Positions 59,304-64,000 of a stretch of DNA of 64,000 nt are shown here, one piece after another. The notes under the pieces are model-generated. The model made no database searches and was not told where the DNA came from. It was given only the letters and a program-made list of their open reading frames with translations. Every line of letters starts with the position of its first letter. The first letter of the stretch is position 1. Source of the stretch: Polyangiales bacterium (GTDB lineage: Bacteria > Myxococcota_A > Polyangia > Polyangiales > Polyangiaceae); contig JBBRLQ010000022.1 of assembly GCA_038231275.1 (NCBI GenBank), positions 1-64,000 on the forward strand. The letters run 5' to 3'. The position numbers were made by a program, and so were the translations under genes.

Positions 59304-60191
59304 GTGACCGTGGACCTGCTCCGCTGGATCGACACCTACCTCGACCACCTTCGCGTCGAGCGCAGCCTCGCCGCGAACACGCTCGAGGCCTATGCGCGCG
59401 ATCTCGGCGCGCTCGCGGCGCGCATGCCCGACGACGCGGCGCCCGGCGACATCGACGCCCTCGCGATCGCCGAGCTCCTCGCGCACAACGTGAAATCCGG
59501 CGTCGGTGCCCGCTCGAGCACGCGCCAGCTCTCCGCCCTGCGCGGCTTCTTTCGCTTCTTGATCAAGGAGCGCGCGATCGCCGCGGACCCGACGGCGCTC
59601 GTGGAGCGGCCCCGCCTCGGTCGACGCCTGCCGAGGGTCCTCAGCTACGACGAGGTCGACCGCCTCCTCGCCCAGCCGCCGCACGACACCGATCGCGGCC
59701 TCCGGGATCGGGCCATGATCCACCTGCTTTACGCCTCGGGGCTTCGCGTGAGCGAGCTCTGCGGGCTCAAGCTCGGCGATCTCGATACGCAGACGGGGGT
59801 GGTGCGCGCCTTCGGAAAAGGCGGAAAGCGGCGCCTTGTCCCCGTCGGCGAGGTCGCGCTCGACGCGCTGTCGGTCTACCTCCGCGACGTCCGTAGCAAG
59901 CGGACGACCACGAGCCCCGCCCTCTTCTTGTCGCCACGCGGTGGCCCGCTGACGCGCCAGGGGTTCTGGAAGCTCTTGAAGCGTTACGCGCGCGCGGCGG
60001 GGATCACGACGCCCCTCTCGCCGCACAAGCTCCGCCATTCCTTCGCGACCCACCTGTTGCGGGGTGGGGCCGATCTGCGCGCGGTCCAGGCGATGCTCGG
60101 CCACGCGGACCTCGCGACGACGGAGATCTACACGCGCGTCGCCCAGGACCACGTCCGCGCAGCCCATACCCGAGCGCATCCGCGCGCGTAG
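59304..60191 (+). CDS. xerD: Site-specific tyrosine recombinase XerD
   Basis: NTLEAYARDL, RDRAMI.LLYASGLRVSEL, GKGGKRRLVP, TRQGFW, SPHKLRHSFATHLL, LGHADLATTEIYT. Confidence 0.93.
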   Translation: MTVDLLRWIDTYLDHLRVERSLAANTLEAYARDLGALAARMPDDAAPGDIDALAIAELLAHNVKSGVGARSSTRQLSALRGFFRFLIKERAIAADPTALVERPRLGRRLPRVLSYDEVDRLLAQPPHDTDRGLRDRAMIHLLYASGLRVSELCGLKLGDLDTQTGVVRAFGKGGKRRLVPVGEVALDALSVYLRDVRSKRTTTSPALFLSPRGGPLTRQGFWKLLKRYARAAGITTPLSPHKLRHSFATHLLRGGADLRAVQAMLGHADLATTEIYTRVAQDHVRAAHTRAHPRA

Positions 60192-60277
60192 CCTCCGGTA
60201 TCCGTGCGGGAAGGAGCACGCGGCGCATCTTTTCCATTTCCCGTCCGGTCGACTCCTGTCTACGACTCCATCGGCCG

Positions 60278-61096
60278 ATGCACTTCACTGTCCGCGAGCC
60301 TGAACGAGGGGAGACCCCGGTGATCGTCGAGGTGCCCCATTCGGGCGTCTTCGTGCCGCCGGCGTACCTCTCGACGATGCGCGCGCCGATCGCGTCGCTT
60401 GGCCGCGACGCCGATCTCTTCGTCGATCGGCTCTACGCGGACGCTCCCGACGAGGGCGCGACGCTCATCGTGGCGCACGTCTCACGGTACGTCGTCGATC
60501 TGAACCGCGGCGAGGGCGACGTCGACGCCGACACCGTCGAGGGAGTCGCGAGCACCGTTCGCGCGACGCGTGGCCTCGTCTGGCGACTAACGGGCGATGG
60601 CGACGCCCTCCACACACGGAGGCTCACGCAGCCCGAGCTGCAAGCGCGCCTCGTCGACGTTTACCGCCCCTACCACGCCGCCATTCGCGCAGCGATCGAT
60701 CGCAAGGTCGCGCGTTTCGGCCGTGCCGTCCTGCTCGCCGCCCACTCGATGCCGAGCGCTGGCAGGGGCACCTCCCCGAACGCCGCCGAAGGGGGCCGCG
60801 CGGACGTCGTCCCCGGATCGCGCGGCCGCACGAGCGCGGACCCCCGCTACATCGACCTCGTGGAGGACCACGCGAAGGCGGCCATGTTCTCGGTGCGCCA
60901 CGATGAGCCCTACCGCGGCGGCTTCTCCACGGCGCACTACGGAAACCCGCGCGAGCACGAGCACGCCGTCCAGGTCGAGCTCGCGCGGCGCCTGTACATG
61001 GACGAGCAAAGCCTCGTTCCGCGCCCGGAGTTCGACGCGGTGCGTCGGTGGTGCCGAGAGCTCGTTTCCAAGCTGGGGCAATCAGCGCTACCCTGA
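60278..61096 (+). CDS. N-formylglutamate amidohydrolase family protein (HutG-like)
   Basis: VPHSG, DLFVDRLY, SRYVVDLNR, YRPYH, HSMPS, PYRGGF, QVELAR.LY. Confidence 0.88.
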   Translation: MHFTVREPERGETPVIVEVPHSGVFVPPAYLSTMRAPIASLGRDADLFVDRLYADAPDEGATLIVAHVSRYVVDLNRGEGDVDADTVEGVASTVRATRGLVWRLTGDGDALHTRRLTQPELQARLVDVYRPYHAAIRAAIDRKVARFGRAVLLAAHSMPSAGRGTSPNAAEGGRADVVPGSRGRTSADPRYIDLVEDHAKAAMFSVRHDEPYRGGFSTAHYGNPREHEHAVQVELARRLYMDEQSLVPRPEFDAVRRWCRELVSKLGQSALP

Positions 61097-61109
61097 TCAG
61101 CGCGTACCG

Positions 61110-62141
61110 ATGCGCGAGCGACCGCCAGCTGCTACGGAACCCGGCCCGTCCGCCGAGCCGCCTCCGATGTCGACGACGTCGCTCCCGGCGCGTGCGCGGC
61201 GGAGCTCGCCCAAGCTGTCGGTGAAGCCGCCGATCCTGGCGTCGGACATCCTGCGCGATGAGGTCGCGCCGCGCGCCCCGGCACGGACGACCATTCGGTT
61301 GTGGCTCCTAGCGTTCGCCGCGGCCTGCGCCCTCTCGGCCGTGGCGGCCCGGTTCGGCGTCGGGCCGCACACGTCGCGGGTCTTCGAGGGCTCGCTCGTG
61401 ACGGCCGTGCTCGCGGCGCTAGGGGCGGTCGTCCCGGCGCCCTACGTGGCGCGGGCGACCATGGCGGTGATCGCAGGCGCAGCGCTGCTGGGTCTGGGCG
61501 CTCTCGATCGCGGTCCGCTCGCGCCGCTCGGAAGCTTGGGGATCCTGCACGCCGTCGCGGGGCTCGCTCTCGCGACGCTGTTGCCTGCGGCGCTCCTCTT
61601 CCGCGCGCGTTTTCGCGCGTTCCGGGCGGCGCGGGTCGTCCTCACCGCCGCGCTCGTACTCTCGCTGCCGGCGGTCGTGCTCGCGGTGCGCGGCGCGCTC
61701 GATCCCAGCCTCCCGCTCGCGGTTCGCGTCGCCGACGGCGCCGTCGCGGCGGGCACGCTTACCGGGCTCTTTGGCTTCATGGGGGCCGAGACCAGCGCGG
61801 GATGCGACCGCTGGGCGGCCCTGGTCCTCGCGCTCGCCTCCTTGCGTGTCGCCGCCGGCGCGCCGCAGCTCCTGGCGATGCTCGGCGACCACTCCGCGCC
61901 CGTCGACCCCGGCTACGGCGCGTGGGGTCACGTCATCGCGGCGATCGGCACGTTGGCCGCGACCACCATCGCCGCCTTTGGCCTGTTTCAGCTCCTCGCG
62001 CTGGCGCTCGGAAGCCGCGCCCGAACGGTCGACGTGCACCAGATCGCCGCCAAACCAGACCGCGACTCGGACGCGCGCGCGCGTGGCGATTCGGAGGAAG
62101 AAGCGAACGAGAGGGCCGAGCGGGCCGAGCGAGACGACTGA
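61110..62141 (+). CDS. Hypothetical multi-pass membrane protein
   Basis: About 8 hydrophobic Ala/Leu segments; charged termini. Confidence 0.65.
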   Translation: MRERPPAATEPGPSAEPPPMSTTSLPARARRSSPKLSVKPPILASDILRDEVAPRAPARTTIRLWLLAFAAACALSAVAARFGVGPHTSRVFEGSLVTAVLAALGAVVPAPYVARATMAVIAGAALLGLGALDRGPLAPLGSLGILHAVAGLALATLLPAALLFRARFRAFRAARVVLTAALVLSLPAVVLAVRGALDPSLPLAVRVADGAVAAGTLTGLFGFMGAETSAGCDRWAALVLALASLRVAAGAPQLLAMLGDHSAPVDPGYGAWGHVIAAIGTLAATTIAAFGLFQLLALALGSRARTVDVHQIAAKPDRDSDARARGDSEEEANERAERAERDD

Positions 62142-62242
62142 CCCCTCGCCGCCCCCGCTACCCCTTGAACTTCATAGAAAATCGCTTGACAGAAGCGCCC
62201 CCATCCTCCACGTTGCGCCTCCCTTTCTAGGACAATCACGCC

Positions 62243-62467
62243 ATGGCGAAGAGCGACATCACAGGCAAGCGCAAGCTCCTTGCGCAGAACGTCAGCCATT
62301 CGAACATCAAGACGAAGCGCTGGCAGAACGTGAACATCCAGACGCGCCGCGTTTGGGTTCCGGAGCTGAAGCGCTTCGTGACGTTGAAGCTGACGACGCG
62401 GGACATCCGCACGATCGACAAGATCGGCGTCATGGCGTACGCGAAGCGTCACGGCGTCAAGCTGTAG
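62243..62467 (+). CDS. rpmB: 50S ribosomal protein L28
   Basis: ITGKR...NVSHSNIKTKRWQ.VNIQ; AGGA RBS; TTGACA at 62186 upstream. Confidence 0.95.
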   Translation: MAKSDITGKRKLLAQNVSHSNIKTKRWQNVNIQTRRVWVPELKRFVTLKLTTRDIRTIDKIGVMAYAKRHGVKL

Positions 62468-62537
62468 AGCGAGCGGCGTAGCGTCAGGCCTCGGCGCCGG
62501 AGAGAAATCCGATCGGCCGCGCGCCACGCCGGCTTGA

Positions 62538-63167
62538 TCACGCGAACGCGCGGATGACCATGTCGACGAGCGGTTCGACTGCCTCGGCGGCGCGCGCTTC
62601 GTTGCGGCGGTCGACGTAGCGCATCGCGACCGCTTCCATGGCCGCCACGAGCGCGAAGATCCGCAGCTCGTCGGGCGCCTTCGTGGCGATCCCCATCGCG
62701 TTCGCGCGCGTGACGCCCTCGAAGAGGAGCGCCGCGAAGCGAGATAGGAGCGCCTCGCGCCGGATTTCGTGCTCGGGCCCCGCCGCCCGCACCTCGCGAA
62801 AGAGGACGCGCGCCTGATCCGAGAAGTGCGCGATGAGGCCCATGAACGCTTCCACGCCCGCGCGGAGCTGGTCGTTCGGGTGCTGCTTCGCCCGCACGCA
62901 CTGCTCGATGACGCGAAACGACGCGTTGGCGATGCGATCGTGCAAGAGGAGCAGCACGTCCTTCAGATCGTCGAAGTGCTCGTAGAACGTGCGGCGGCTG
63001 GTTCCGGCCTCGGCGACGATGGCGTCGACCGTCGCGCCCGCGAAGCCTTTCTTCGCGAAGACGCGCGTGGCTGCCGAGAAGAGGCGACGGCGCTGCTCGC
63101 GCGCGCGATCCTCCGGCGTGGTTCGCCGATCGTATTTGCCCCGCCCCGGCGCGCGCGCGGTCGACAC
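62538..63167 (-). CDS. TetR/AcrR-family transcriptional regulator
   Basis: RRRLFSAATRVFAKKGF..ATVDAIVAEAGTSRRTFYEHF. Confidence 0.92.
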   Translation of the reverse strand: MSTARAPGRGKYDRRTTPEDRAREQRRRLFSAATRVFAKKGFAGATVDAIVAEAGTSRRTFYEHFDDLKDVLLLLHDRIANASFRVIEQCVRAKQHPNDQLRAGVEAFMGLIAHFSDQARVLFREVRAAGPEHEIRREALLSRFAALLFEGVTRANAMGIATKAPDELRIFALVAAMEAVAMRYVDRRNEARAAEAVEPLVDMVIRAFA

Positions 63168-63269
63168 CCGCGAATCCTGCCCGAGTCGGGCGTCTCGATC
63201 AAGTCCCCATCATAGGAACGATGACGTTTCTATTGAAGACGAAAGAGCACCGCAGTACTTGAATTACCC

Positions 63270-64000
63270 ATGAGGGTGCAGCCTCGCTTCGGCATGGGTT
63301 CGTTTCTATGTGTCGTCGCGGCCATTGGGTGCGCGGGGCCGGGCGACACCGCTGGGGTCGATGGACCGGGGGACGACGGAGGGATCGGCGGCGTAGGAGC
63401 GAGCAGCGGGGATGCGAGCAGGCCTCCTGCGGCGGACGCGGGCGGCGAGGGCTTCGACGCCGCGCAAAGTGACACGGGGACGACCGACGCGAGCGCGAGC
63501 GACGGCGCGCCGGTCACGGCCCTCTCGTGCTTCCAGAGCATGAAGGCGCCGTGACTGGGCCGGACTACGACCAGTACCATCCGGTCGTCCTCCCGAGCTG
63601 CGCGGGGACGCACCATCAAGAGATCCAGAAGGTCGACCGCCTCGTCTTCCTGGGCGACTCCGTCACCGAAGGCACGCCGCCGAACCTGCCCACGCAGATC
63701 TTCCGCACCCTCGTCGGCGAGGACGTGACGAAGACCTTCGGGACGATCGACATCGCCGACTGCGCGAAGTGGGGCGCGAAGATGGACGATCTGCTCATCG
63801 GCGGGCAGCAAATCCCAAAGTGCTTCCCGAAGGACGTCGATACCCGGAAGACGCTCGTCGTGATGACGATGGGCGGCAACGACATCTCGAACTGGGCGAA
63901 GGACGGCCTCGACACGCCGTCGGCGATCGCGAAGGCCGACGCCTCGGCGGGCCTCTTGCGCGACGCGATGACGTGGCTGAAAGACCCGGTGCGCTTCCCG
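63270..64000 (+). pseudogene. SGNH/GDSL hydrolase lipoprotein, apparently frameshifted near 63545; runs off the window end
   Basis: 63270..63554 encodes lipobox AIGC plus a DAG linker and stops at MKAP*. The frame from 63551 continues with VFLGDSVTEG and MTMGGND (SGNH blocks I and III). Confidence 0.7.

Noticed and set aside
59304..60191. Tyrosine recombinase as a prophage or island integrase
   Set aside because: Sequence is XerD-type, flanked by housekeeping genes, with no att repeats, tRNA or compositional shift visible.

Overview
High-GC chromosomal window from a myxobacterium. Polyangiaceae/Labilithrix-like is inferred from four Hanks-type kinases, an FHA-sigma54 activator, a MYXO-CTERM motif and many Cys-rich lipoproteins with DAG/Ser-rich linkers. 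I found no rRNA, tRNA, CRISPR array or transposase. Main blocks: (1) a reductive pyrimidine degradation cluster (NCS1 permease, hydA, mmsA, beta-ureidopropionase, preT, preA) interleaved with Ser/Thr kinases and PAS hybrid histidine kinases; (2) panB with an in-frame TAG at its catalytic Glu; (3) TonB-like protein, cytochrome c, FHA-sigma54 activator and a kinase-SRPBCC-DUF5939-pseudocyclase fusion; (4) a DUF4266/DUF3570 envelope operon; (5) an unannotated 47-aa lipobox peptide and a RelA/SpoT-like TIGR04552 gene; (6) DUF507-yicC-gmk-mtnP-pfkB; (7) a ~1400-aa secreted protein with an internal MYXO-CTERM sorting signal; (8) an Rrf2-cysK-E1-Ubl-mini-E1-cysM-JAMM sulfur-carrier cysteine operon; (9) trpG-trpD-trpC, xerD, hutG-like, rpmB, tetR and a frameshifted SGNH lipoprotein. 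The best candidate for an undescribed system is in block 8. The ThiF/MoeB E1 enzyme lacks its N-terminal RYxRQ arginine-finger segment, and a separate 93-aa degenerate E1-like ORF carries that segment. This suggests a bacterial heterodimeric E1 analogous to eukaryotic Aos1/Uba2 and APPBP1/Uba3. All family assignments come from motif recognition by eye; no database searches were run.
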